Below the pieces are notes generated by a model, which saw nothing but the letters and a program-made list of their open reading frames with translations, searched no databases and was not told the DNA's origin. The position numbers and the translations under genes are program-made. Of a stretch of DNA of 26,478 nucleotides, positions 17,384 through 24,934 are shown piece by piece (the first letter of the stretch is position 1; every line of letters begins with the position of its first letter). Origin of the DNA: a virus (Duplodnaviria > Caudoviricetes). The stretch spans positions 1-26,478 of IMG/VR virus record IMGVR_UViG_3300022867_000061. One strand, 5' to 3'.

Positions 17384-17463
17384 AAACAGCATTAATATTT
17401 ATATCAATCATGGCAATAAGTTATTTATTGCTACATCTATTCAGTAAATCAGTAGGTTTATAA
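17380..17463 (+). CDS. 27-aa hydrophobic peptide
   Basis: MKTALIFISIMAISYLLLHLFSKSVGL; ATGA overlap; followed by a terminator. Confidence 0.6.
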   Translation: MKTALIFISIMAISYLLLHLFSKSVGL

Positions 17464-17486
17464 CAAAAATACTAACTTACAAAATT

Positions 17487-17526
17487 GCGAGGGGGCAAAA
17501 TTAAAATTGCCTTCTCGTTTTTTTTT
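17487..17526 (+). terminator. intrinsic terminator
   Basis: GCGAGGGGGCAA/TTGCCTTCTCGT stem plus T-run. Confidence 0.85.
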
Positions 17527-17536
17527 ATCCTTCCAC

Positions 17537-17565
17537 TTGACACAGCTAATACTACCCTGTAAGCT
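17537..17565 (+). promoter_or_regulatory. sigma70 promoter
   Basis: TTGACA-17-TAAGCT. Confidence 0.7.
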
Positions 17566-17601
17566 GAGATTATGTTTAATTTAATTATGGAAGGAGAGAA
17601 T

Positions 17602-17673
17602 ATGAAAAGCATTTTATATGTAGCTGTCATGTGGCTGTGTTTAGGTATGTTAATAAGTCTAATGGGAATATAG
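17602..17673 (+). CDS. 23-aa hydrophobic peptide in its own transcription unit
   Basis: AAGGAG SD; MKSILYVAVMWLCLGMLISLMGI; in-frame upstream ATG at 17572. Confidence 0.65.
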   Translation: MKSILYVAVMWLCLGMLISLMGI

Positions 17674-17696
17674 GTATATGAAAAGTGAACAGCACT

Positions 17697-17734
17697 AGCC
17701 CTATCGGTAGCAATATCGGTAGGGCTTTTTTTTT
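17697..17734 (+). terminator. intrinsic terminator
   Basis: AGCCCTATCGGTA-GCAA-TATCGGTAGGGCT plus T-run; GNRA loop. Confidence 0.88.
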
Positions 17735-17745
17735 GTCGGTACTAT

Positions 17746-17774
17746 TTGACACAACAAATACACTATGGTATTAT
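17746..17774 (+). promoter_or_regulatory. sigma70 promoter
   Basis: TTGACA-17-TATTAT with TG extended -10. Confidence 0.8.
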
Positions 17775-17802
17775 GAATACATATCAAACAAAGGAGAAAC
17801 TA

Positions 17803-18039
17803 ATGGCAGAACAAACAGACGCACATGATTTTGTGCAATCCCGAAACAAAGCTATACGATTTGATAGGGAGAAAAGGCAGAAGAAAATAAAAGACAACTT
17901 AGAACTGCATCAAGATACTCAGAATACTATTAAGGGTATGGCAGAAAAACTAACAAGTCTTAACAAATCAGCAGATGAGGTAGAGGCAAATCTTAAAAAA
18001 ACTATTCAAGATTTTTTCTCACAACCTACTGTTAAATAA
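17803..18039 (+). CDS. hypothetical coiled-coil early protein
   Basis: Start re-called to ATG 17803 (AAGGAG SD); the track's TTG start is the -35 box. Confidence 0.75.
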   Translation: MAEQTDAHDFVQSRNKAIRFDREKRQKKIKDNLELHQDTQNTIKGMAEKLTSLNKSADEVEANLKKTIQDFFSQPTVK

Positions 18040-18131
18040 AATTAGCCAAGTGCCACTCCCTCTCAAAGTTATGGCACTATAACTAATACGGCTGATGTGT
18101 ACTTTGTGGTCATGTCAGCCGTTAAAAAATT

Positions 18132-18293
18132 ATGATAGATAAAAAATTAGCATTAAAATCAAGACACCTTAGGTTATCTAAGCTATTGCATAGCCTACTT
18201 ATAAAATATCTCGAAGATAAAAAAGTCTACTCAGACCTTTCAAAAATCAGACAGCTAACAGACGAGTTAGATAAACTACTTGACATAGAGTAG
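18132..18293 (+). CDS. 53-aa Leu-rich helical protein (absent from ORF track)
   Basis: MIDKKLALKSRHLRLSKLLHSLL...DKLLDIE; no clear SD. Confidence 0.55.
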   Translation: MIDKKLALKSRHLRLSKLLHSLLIKYLEDKKVYSDLSKIRQLTDELDKLLDIE

Positions 18294-18308
18294 CAGTTAA
18301 TATATACT
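18280..18308 (+). promoter_or_regulatory. sigma70 promoter
   Basis: TTGACA-17-TATACT. Confidence 0.82.
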
Positions 18309-18339
18309 ACGAACTGATTAATCAAACAAGGAAAACCAT

Positions 18340-18627
18340 ATGGATAATGACAAACGCATACCTAAATTGCGTAGGCAAGTAAGGGTATGCACTATAAACA
18401 TCATGGCTTGGCAGGAAAACAATCCAAGTCCTGATAAAGAAAAAATCATTGAGTTAAAAAGACTTCAAATAAAACTTAATGATGCTTTAACTAATTATCT
18501 TTTACATGTGCAAACAGATGATTGGGATAAACACACATATATATCTCAACCATTAGATGAAAATAGGTTGCAAGAACAACAAGAGTTTCTTGACACTAAT
18601 CAATTTGTAGAAGGTAGTGGTAATTAA
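18340..18627 (+). CDS. hypothetical early protein
   Basis: AAGGA SD; 95 aa. Confidence 0.75.
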   Translation: MDNDKRIPKLRRQVRVCTINIMAWQENNPSPDKEKIIELKRLQIKLNDALTNYLLHVQTDDWDKHTYISQPLDENRLQEQQEFLDTNQFVEGSGN

Positions 18628-18783
18628 TTGACTGCTATACTCTCATTACTTGTGTGGCTTATAAGCACATGGGTAGTAGCAAGAGTTGTATTCAAAAACA
18701 AAAGGGGGTTGTCCATTTGGGCAATCCCTTTTTTTTGTGTGAGTGTTTGGTTGGCTAGTCTTATAATCATAGCAACACAATGA
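18628..18783 (+). CDS. 51-aa two-TM micro-protein
   Basis: TTG directly after the upstream stop; MTAILSLLVWLISTWVVARVVF-KNKRG-LSIWAIPFFCVSVWLASLIIIATQ; ATGA overlap downstream. Confidence 0.6.
   Translation: MTAILSLLVWLISTWVVARVVFKNKRGLSIWAIPFFCVSVWLASLIIIATQ
18700..18736 (+). terminator. terminator-like hairpin inside the two-TM ORF
   Basis: GGGGGTTGTCC-ATTT-GGGCAATCCCTT plus T-run. Confidence 0.7.
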
Positions 18784-18977
18784 TTGAATTATTATTATTT
18801 TTATTTACTGACTTTGATAATCGTATGGGTAATTTCCATACAGTTAAACATAAGTTTAATACTTATCAAGAATGTAATGACTACATAAAAGAACACACCA
18901 TAGAAGAAAATATATACACACCCACAGGTCAAGTCATAGGTCTTACTTACTGTAAGCCTGTTGACACAGACAAATAA
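18780..18977 (+). CDS. small protein with F.TY.EC...YCKP motif
   Basis: 65 aa; short hydrophobic N-terminus; two Cys. Confidence 0.65.
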   Translation: MIELLLFLFTDFDNRMGNFHTVKHKFNTYQECNDYIKEHTIEENIYTPTGQVIGLTYCKPVDTDK

Positions 18978-19025
18978 ATCATATACTATGTAAGGGTAAT
19001 CAACGAGAGTTGGTTGCCCTTTTTT
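18961..19025 (+). promoter_or_regulatory. promoter-in-terminator cassette 1
   Basis: TTGACA-17-TACTAT, then AAGGGTAATCAAC-GAGA-GTTGGTTGCCCTT and T-run. Confidence 0.8.
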
Positions 19026-19069
19026 GTTGAGCCTAGTCTTTAAGTAACATGGCACTAGATATTAAAGGG

Positions 19070-19160
19070 GGGTGTAGTAATTTACTATGGCTATGTTAGT
19101 AAGGAGTTGTAAATCTAAGCTGTAAATCCAGAACATAGCATGAGAGTTGAGGCTACACCC
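19070..19160 (+). ncRNA. candidate rod-like structured RNA / RNase III-type site
   Basis: GGGTGTAG/CTACACCC outer stem and GCTATGTT/AACATAGC inner stem in a non-coding leader. Confidence 0.5.
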
Positions 19161-19187
19161 TAATACAATTAACTAATAGGAAAATAT

Positions 19188-19601
19188 ATGAAACAAACAG
19201 ACATACAAGTTGGTAAAGTTTCAGATTATCTTTATGCTTTAATGACACAAACCAAAGCGAAAAAGTTTCGTGCAGGTTTTGTTAAAAAAAATGGAGACTA
19301 TCGGACAGGTAGATTTGATTTAGTAAATCGTTCTACTTGGAAACAAACTGATGGCACTATGTATAAACGTAAAGGTAAAGAAAGAACTACCAATGCTGAT
19401 GAGTACATACTAGCACATGACCTAGATAAAAAAGCACCCAGAAATATTTCTGTTGCTACTTTGAAGTGGTTTAGTGTTGGTAAAAAAGTGTATAAAATCA
19501 ATCACTTAGAGGTAAATGATAGCATAACAGTTGTTATGTTTGAGAAGGTAAAATTTACTGCTCTTAAAAATCTAATCAAGCGAGGAGTTATCAATGAGTG
19601 A
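19188..19601 (+). CDS. SH3/Sm-like beta-barrel protein (WYL_2/DUF2693-like)
   Basis: F...FVKKNGDYR....DL...DLDKKAPR motif. Confidence 0.6.
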   Translation: MKQTDIQVGKVSDYLYALMTQTKAKKFRAGFVKKNGDYRTGRFDLVNRSTWKQTDGTMYKRKGKERTTNADEYILAHDLDKKAPRNISVATLKWFSVGKKVYKINHLEVNDSITVVMFEKVKFTALKNLIKRGVINE

Positions 19602-19830
19602 GTGGTGTCAGAATAAAGAATGTTGTTATAAAAGAAATCAGAATCAAATACGTGGTAGTAAAGGCAATAAATATTATCAGTCTAACAAAGTTAATTCTTA
19701 CTACCATGATATAGCCTGTAGTTTAAACTGTTTAAATTCATGGCTTAAAATTAATAGAGAAACTCTTATTAATTCAGTAGGAAGATTGGATAAACAGACT
19801 ATTAAAGCTGAAGACTCTTGGCTTAGCTAG
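19594..19830 (+). CDS. small Cys-rich putative Zn-binding protein
   Basis: GAGGAG SD; CQNKEC...ACSLNC (TRASH-like spacing). Confidence 0.65.
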   Translation: MSEWCQNKECCYKRNQNQIRGSKGNKYYQSNKVNSYYHDIACSLNCLNSWLKINRETLINSVGRLDKQTIKAEDSWLS

Positions 19831-19898
19831 TTGACACAACAATAACATTAGTATATTATATAGGCATCACTCAGACATCTGGGTGGTGTCTTTTTTTT
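19831..19898 (+). promoter_or_regulatory. promoter-in-terminator cassette 2
   Basis: TTGACA-17-TATTAT, then AGGCATCACTCAG-ACAT-CTGGGTGGTGTCT and T8. Confidence 0.85.
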
Positions 19899-19919
19899 AA
19901 CCCAACAAAAGGAGTACTC

Positions 19920-20924
19920 ATGGAACAAAAAGAGATAAGGCTCAATGCAGGTAAACGTAAGTCTTTGACTAACGATTATCGTAGACATTGTGAAAGTCTT
20001 TCAACTGATTTGAAAGATAAATACAATCAAACAAGAGAGGAAGCTACAAGTTCTATTGCTTCTGCGTTTGAAACTGCAACAAAAGTAGTGCAACGTAGAT
20101 TTCCATTAGAAGATGTAGATACTTTGCAACAGTTACAGAGAAAACATAACACTATCAATGCAGTAGGTGATGATAGTTGTTTTTATTTCAAAGTAACTGA
20201 CGCACCAAAGGTACTTGACTCATATGGTGATGAAGTAGAGAAGTCTAAACACTTTTCATTTGAGTTAGATGGCAGTATTACTGGAGATTATGGCTCACGT
20301 TATGGTAGTGGTAGTTCTAACAATGGTAAGAACTTTCCTTATGCTATGTATCGTGAGGAAATGAAAGCAGTAGGACTTAATCCAGACTGTAACATTGAAC
20401 ATGACCTAAAAAAAGAAGGTAATGTCCATAGACAGGACAACAATCCCTACCTGTCAACATGTAGAAATGAGAATGATTACTTTCTAAATGGTAAAACAGG
20501 TGGTAGTAATTTGTATCAAGATTGGAATAGTAATTATGTATTGCAAATTATTGGTACAGGTGGGTGTCGTTCAAGAGCTATCCCATGCTCAGACTTAGAG
20601 TTTCAAAAGTTTGAGATGATGATACAAGCAAAGCAGAATGTAGTGCAGTCACATACTAAATGGATTGAATCTATTGTAGCTAAGGTTAATAGATTTGAGC
20701 AAGGTATAAAGACTATGACTAAGTTCTCTCAAGTAGAGAAGTTTGCTTCTCACAGTAAAGTCAATTGGAAAATTGATGATGAGATACTTGCTGATAAAAT
20801 TGGCATGGACGTTGTAGTATCTATTGATGACCTAGCAGACGCACTAGATAACATAGATAAACCTAAGCAGACTAGAGAAGAAAAGATACTTGCTTATAAA
20901 GAAGCTATGCGAATGGCTAACTAA
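19920..20924 (+). CDS. hypothetical protein (weak Nmad5-like termini)
   Basis: AAGGAG SD; 334 aa; N-terminal IRLNAGKRKSL and helical C-terminus. Family link is tentative. Confidence 0.7.
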   Translation: MEQKEIRLNAGKRKSLTNDYRRHCESLSTDLKDKYNQTREEATSSIASAFETATKVVQRRFPLEDVDTLQQLQRKHNTINAVGDDSCFYFKVTDAPKVLDSYGDEVEKSKHFSFELDGSITGDYGSRYGSGSSNNGKNFPYAMYREEMKAVGLNPDCNIEHDLKKEGNVHRQDNNPYLSTCRNENDYFLNGKTGGSNLYQDWNSNYVLQIIGTGGCRSRAIPCSDLEFQKFEMMIQAKQNVVQSHTKWIESIVAKVNRFEQGIKTMTKFSQVEKFASHSKVNWKIDDEILADKIGMDVVVSIDDLADALDNIDKPKQTREEKILAYKEAMRMAN

Positions 20925-20940
20925 CTATAAGAGATATCAG

Positions 20941-21008
20941 TTGACATACTAGCAATAGTATAGTATATTAAAGGCATTACTAATTAATTTTAGTAGTGCC
21001 TTTTTTTT
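20941..21008 (+). promoter_or_regulatory. promoter-in-terminator cassette 3
   Basis: TTGACA-17-TATATT, then AAGGCATTACTAA...TTAGTAGTGCCTT and T8. Confidence 0.85.
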
Positions 21009-21029
21009 AACCAACAATAAGGAGAAGAT

Positions 21030-21959
21030 ATGAGTGCATTAGTTGCAAAACTAAAAGAACAGTACGCAGACCAGTACCAACATAGCATTACGCCTGTTGA
21101 ACTGCGTCAATTAGACTCAGTAGAGAGTACATTTACGCTAAATAAACCTAGCTATGCTGTATTAGATACTGAAAACAACAAAGCAATACATCTACATGGT
21201 GCTAACTACCAGTTGATACCCTATGAAAGAATATTATCTGGGCTATCTACTGCATTAGATAAGTATGAGATAGATATAAGTGATACATCTATTAAATTTA
21301 ATGTGTCACCAGACTTAAACTACATGAAACTTAGGATTCTGTTTGGAGATACTGGAGATTTTGGTACTTACTCTATGAGTCATGATGAAAATGACAAGTT
21401 AAAGTTTGGTATTGAAGTTATATCTAGCTATGACGCATCAATTATCTATCAGTTAAGGTCAATGTTCTTAAGATTAGTATGTGCAAATGGTATGAAATCA
21501 TTTGAAGATATTAATTCATCTATGAAAAGACATACACTTAACTTTAATCTTGATGATTCATTTACTAAACTAAAGAATCTTAACACAACCTTTAGTGATA
21601 TGAAAAATAAAGTAGAGGTGTACCAAAGTGTAGAGTTAGGTAGACAAGATGTTGAGAAGTTATTTAGAAAGTTCTCTAATAATTCTGATGGTAAGTACCA
21701 CTTACTAAATAATGTATTAGAAACTGATGCAAATAAATCAACACTCTATGATGTGTATAATGCACTAACAAACTACAGTACACACAATGAACGTGCTGTT
21801 AAGATAGGTAAAAGAGATAGTAAAGATTATAAGATTGAATCTGCTAAGAGAGACCCTATAAGAAGTAATGAGGATAGGGATTTTGAAGTTAGAAACTTTC
21901 TAAAGACTAATGACTTTATGTTTTACTATCATCAAGGCGTAGCCAATCAAGTAAGATAA
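21030..21959 (+). CDS. DUF932/DUF945 family protein
   Basis: NYQLIPY, SYDAS, RLVCANGM, RHT, TLYDVYNALTNYSTH motifs. Confidence 0.85.
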   Translation: MSALVAKLKEQYADQYQHSITPVELRQLDSVESTFTLNKPSYAVLDTENNKAIHLHGANYQLIPYERILSGLSTALDKYEIDISDTSIKFNVSPDLNYMKLRILFGDTGDFGTYSMSHDENDKLKFGIEVISSYDASIIYQLRSMFLRLVCANGMKSFEDINSSMKRHTLNFNLDDSFTKLKNLNTTFSDMKNKVEVYQSVELGRQDVEKLFRKFSNNSDGKYHLLNNVLETDANKSTLYDVYNALTNYSTHNERAVKIGKRDSKDYKIESAKRDPIRSNEDRDFEVRNFLKTNDFMFYYHQGVANQVR

Positions 21960-21969
21960 TAATAACTAC

Positions 21970-22001
21970 TAGAGGTTAGGTAAGAAATTACTTAGCCTCT
22001 A
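21970..22001 (+). other. 14-bp GAAA-tetraloop hairpin without U-tract
   Basis: TAGAGGTTAGGTAA-GAAA-TTACTTAGCCTCTA, intergenic. Confidence 0.7.
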
Positions 22002-22017
22002 TAACAATAGGAAATTT

Positions 22018-22281
22018 ATGATAAAAGATATGGAAGATGTGTACAAACGGTACAATAATAATGATGCTTACCAACTAGAATGGTCTGCATTACAACATAA
22101 ACTAAATGATATAAATGGTAATTGTTCTGTCATGCAAGAGCCAGTAACAGTAAAGTTAGTAAATAGATATAATGCTGTGCAGTTTTCTAATTCTAAAGTT
22201 TATATGACAGATAATAAAAAATCAGGAAAAGATAGGGCTATATCACTAGTAGTTATATTAGATGATAACATAGATAACTAG
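22018..22281 (+). CDS. hypothetical protein
   Basis: AGGA SD; 87 aa. Confidence 0.65.
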   Translation: MIKDMEDVYKRYNNNDAYQLEWSALQHKLNDINGNCSVMQEPVTVKLVNRYNAVQFSNSKVYMTDNKKSGKDRAISLVVILDDNIDN

Positions 22282-22328
22282 TATATAGTATTAACCCCCC
22301 CTGCAATGACACGATACTATAACATATT

Positions 22329-22499
22329 ATGACAGATAAACCAAGTAGACAAATTGACACACCTATTAAACTATGCTATAGTTGTGACTCAAAAGCAATC
22401 ATTATAATTCAAAAAAAATATTACTGTGCAGACTGTGGTCTGCGTAAAACAACAACAAGGATAGACTATGAAAACATTAAACACAGAAGTATCAGATAA
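22329..22499 (+). CDS. 56-aa CxxC..CxxC zinc-ribbon protein (absent from ORF track)
   Basis: MTDKPSRQIDTPIKLCYSCDSKAIIIIQKKYYCADCGLR...; no clear SD. Confidence 0.55.
   Translation: MTDKPSRQIDTPIKLCYSCDSKAIIIIQKKYYCADCGLRKTTTRIDYENIKHRSIR
22354..22382 (+). promoter_or_regulatory. sigma70 promoter
   Basis: TTGACA-17-TATAGT with TG extended -10. Confidence 0.8.
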
Positions 22500-22791
22500 A
22501 ACACCCGAAGAACAATTAGGTATAGCAAAGATTCAAATTATGTTTGAGGATTCCTTTGGTATGTTTAATGCTACAAGTGGGCATGCTAAAGATGTACAAA
22601 AGAAATGGGAGAAAGAAAAAGCAACTGATTGGGTTAGGTCTAAAGACTGTGAGTTTTTCTGTGACCTAGCAGGTACAGAGCATGACCATATAATAAAGTT
22701 GCATGATATATTAACATATAGATACAACACAAAAGAAATAACATTAGAAGAAGTAAGATTTGCAATAAGAAACTTAGGATCAAAACTATGA
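22468..22791 (+). CDS. hypothetical phage protein (A.DW..S.D....CDLAG motif)
   Basis: AAGGA SD; 107 aa. Confidence 0.75.
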   Translation: MKTLNTEVSDKTPEEQLGIAKIQIMFEDSFGMFNATSGHAKDVQKKWEKEKATDWVRSKDCEFFCDLAGTEHDHIIKLHDILTYRYNTKEITLEEVRFAIRNLGSKL

Positions 22792-22982
22792 ATGAAGGAC
22801 TAGAAAATATAAAACAAATAGAAGCTTTAGAAAATAAACTTAACAAAATATTAGAATTGTGTAATGAAGAATTAGAAAATACAGAAATAAATAGTATTGA
22901 TATATGTGAAGATACACATGACCACTATTTATTAGGTAAAGTAGATTTGTCTAATGCAATATTAATTCTAATTAATAAATAA
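22788..22982 (+). CDS. hypothetical acidic protein
   Basis: ATGA overlap; AGGA SD. Confidence 0.65.
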   Translation: MNEGLENIKQIEALENKLNKILELCNEELENTEINSIDICEDTHDHYLLGKVDLSNAILILINK

Positions 22983-22986
22983 TAAT

Positions 22987-23469
22987 ATGAACATATTTCA
23001 TTTAGATAAAAGCCCAGAGGTATCTGCATTGTATCATTGTGATAAGCATGTAGTCAAAATGATATTAGAAACAGGACAGATGTTATCAACTGCATACCAA
23101 AGACATTGTGGTATTGATGAAGAGCTATACAAACCTGCATACCCACACCACCCCATGACTATATGGGTAGGAGATTCATTAGGTAATTATATGTGGTCAA
23201 TAGATTTGTTAGGTCACTTACTTAATCAATACAGACACAGGTATCACAACAGAATACATAAGACAGGTCGCATACTTAATAATTTAATTTGTTTAAATGA
23301 CAAAATAAAAAATAAGTTTGAGTATCAGAATTTTTTAATCCCACCTTTGTGTATGCCAGATGAGTACAAGTGTGATAACTATATACAATCATACAAAGAT
23401 TACTATGTAGGTGAAAAGAAACGATTCGCTAAGTACACATCAGTTGACACACCAGACTTTATGTGTTAA
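22987..23469 (+). CDS. pyrimidine-dimer DNA glycosylase / endonuclease V-like family protein
   Basis: MNIF.L......A....DKHVVKMILE..QML; YK...HHP..IW; CMPDEYK; Y..YY..EK. Confidence 0.8.
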   Translation: MNIFHLDKSPEVSALYHCDKHVVKMILETGQMLSTAYQRHCGIDEELYKPAYPHHPMTIWVGDSLGNYMWSIDLLGHLLNQYRHRYHNRIHKTGRILNNLICLNDKIKNKFEYQNFLIPPLCMPDEYKCDNYIQSYKDYYVGEKKRFAKYTSVDTPDFMC

Positions 23470-23493
23470 AGTATAACTTAACAAAGGATAACT

Positions 23494-23613
23494 ATGATTA
23501 TATATGGTAAGACTCCTAAAGATTGGAGAGAATGGTTTTGTTCTACATCTTTGTATCACAGAGAATACATTGTAGGATTTATTGTAGGATTTATAATAGG
23601 AATAATAATATGA
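23494..23613 (+). CDS. 39-aa C-terminally anchored TM micro-protein
   Basis: AAGGA SD; MIIYGKTPKDWREWFCSTSLYHREYIVGFIVGFIIGIII; ATGA overlap with the next gene. Confidence 0.7.
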   Translation: MIIYGKTPKDWREWFCSTSLYHREYIVGFIVGFIIGIII

Positions 23614-24248
23614 AAACAATCAAAGAGTTAGAGGCAAAGATAGGTAGTCTATCTAATCCAAGTAAGATGCCCTCGTTTGCATGGGGTATACCAATTGAAT
23701 ACTGTGTGACAGGTAGTAAGTTAGCATTAGTTGATGGCACTATCTGTAACAAATGTTATGCAGGTAAAGGTTGCTATGTATTCCCTGTTGTCAAAGCTAT
23801 GTATCAAAAAAGATATGAGGCACTAGGTCTACCAGAATGGGTAGATTATATGGCAGAACTTATTACCCAAAAGTACAAAAACCTAGATAAATCAAGGCGT
23901 TTTCACCGTTGGTTTGACTCTGGTGATATACAATCTTATGAACATCTTATGAAAATATTTGAGGTGTGTGAACTTACACCACACATAAAGTATTGGTTAG
24001 CTACTAGAGAGTATCAAATCATAGATAAAATTACAGAAAAAGATGTACCAAAGAATTTATGCTTACGAGTATCAACAACTAAAGTTGATAGCCCACCACC
24101 TAAGTTTTGGAAGTGGACATCTGGTGTGCATAAAGATAAGAAAGCAGTAGGTCGTGAGTGTCCTGCACCTAAACGAGATGGTGAGTGTGGTAGCTGTCGT
24201 GCCTGTTGGAATCATAAAGTTAAACAAGTAAGTTATAAGGAGCATTAG
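23610..24248 (+). CDS. GP88-family Cys-rich protein (radical-SAM-like)
   Basis: SKMP, C.TGSKL...C.KCYA.KG, RWFDSGD, WLATRE, C-terminal CPA......CGSCRACW; start re-called to MKTIKEL. Confidence 0.8.
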   Translation: MKTIKELEAKIGSLSNPSKMPSFAWGIPIEYCVTGSKLALVDGTICNKCYAGKGCYVFPVVKAMYQKRYEALGLPEWVDYMAELITQKYKNLDKSRRFHRWFDSGDIQSYEHLMKIFEVCELTPHIKYWLATREYQIIDKITEKDVPKNLCLRVSTTKVDSPPPKFWKWTSGVHKDKKAVGRECPAPKRDGECGSCRACWNHKVKQVSYKEH

Positions 24249-24255
24249 TATTGAT

Positions 24256-24711
24256 ATGAGTATGTTAGATGTGTTAAAAACTAAAAAATTAGAAAATGAA
24301 AATGAGAGAATAGATATACAAAAAAATTTAACAGCCTGTAATAAACTAATGTTTGAATTAAGAGATTATTATTGGAGAAGTTTAAAAGTAGGGAGTAGGC
24401 ATAATGGGTATAAATATTGGGTAATAAATGGTCTAAATTATTTTAGACATCATAGACTTTCTCATTATTTATGGAAAACTAAAAGAAGATTAAAGTCTCT
24501 TCAGATAAAGAAAGATGATTTCCATAAATATTTAAGGGATACAAAAAATAATATATCCATTTTAAAAGGGGATGAAAATCAAATTAATAATTTAAATTTA
24601 TCTTTAAAAAATTTAGAATCTTCGTATGAGAAAATTACAGATTTATTTGAAGATGAATACTTAAATTATTTAAAAGATAAGAAAATTAATAAAGAGTTAA
24701 AGGAGAAATAA
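24256..24711 (+). CDS. hypothetical basic coiled-coil protein
   Basis: 151 aa; very AT-rich. Confidence 0.65.
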   Translation: MSMLDVLKTKKLENENERIDIQKNLTACNKLMFELRDYYWRSLKVGSRHNGYKYWVINGLNYFRHHRLSHYLWKTKRRLKSLQIKKDDFHKYLRDTKNNISILKGDENQINNLNLSLKNLESSYEKITDLFEDEYLNYLKDKKINKELKEK

Positions 24712-24712
24712 T

Positions 24713-24934
24713 ATGACTGACAAAGAAAGAGAAGACTTTGAATGGGCTAGTAGTTTTTATTTGTATGCTGACCTAGATAAAGAGTGGGATAATTGGGATG
24801 AAGAAAAACTTTTTGAGGAAATATCAGCACTAGCATGGCAACCCTTTGAACATTGGGAAGGTGAGGATATTTATAATGAGATTAATAAACTTGCATCTTC
24901 AGTAAGACAAAAAATAGAAAAGGAAAACAAATGA
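24713..24934 (+). CDS. small acidic Trp-rich protein
   Basis: AAGGAG SD; 21 D/E versus 9 K/R in 73 aa. Confidence 0.75.
   Translation: MTDKEREDFEWASSFYLYADLDKEWDNWDEEKLFEEISALAWQPFEHWEGEDIYNEINKLASSVRQKIEKENK

Noticed and set aside
18590-18618. TTGACAC inside the 18340-18627 gene
   Set aside because: No TAnnnT at 16-18 nt spacing.
23523-23609. Track's N-terminal extension of GP88 and the tandem ATTGTAGGATTT repeat
   Set aside because: Explained by the 39-aa TM peptide (IVGF-IVGF) in another frame; GP88 likely starts at 23610.
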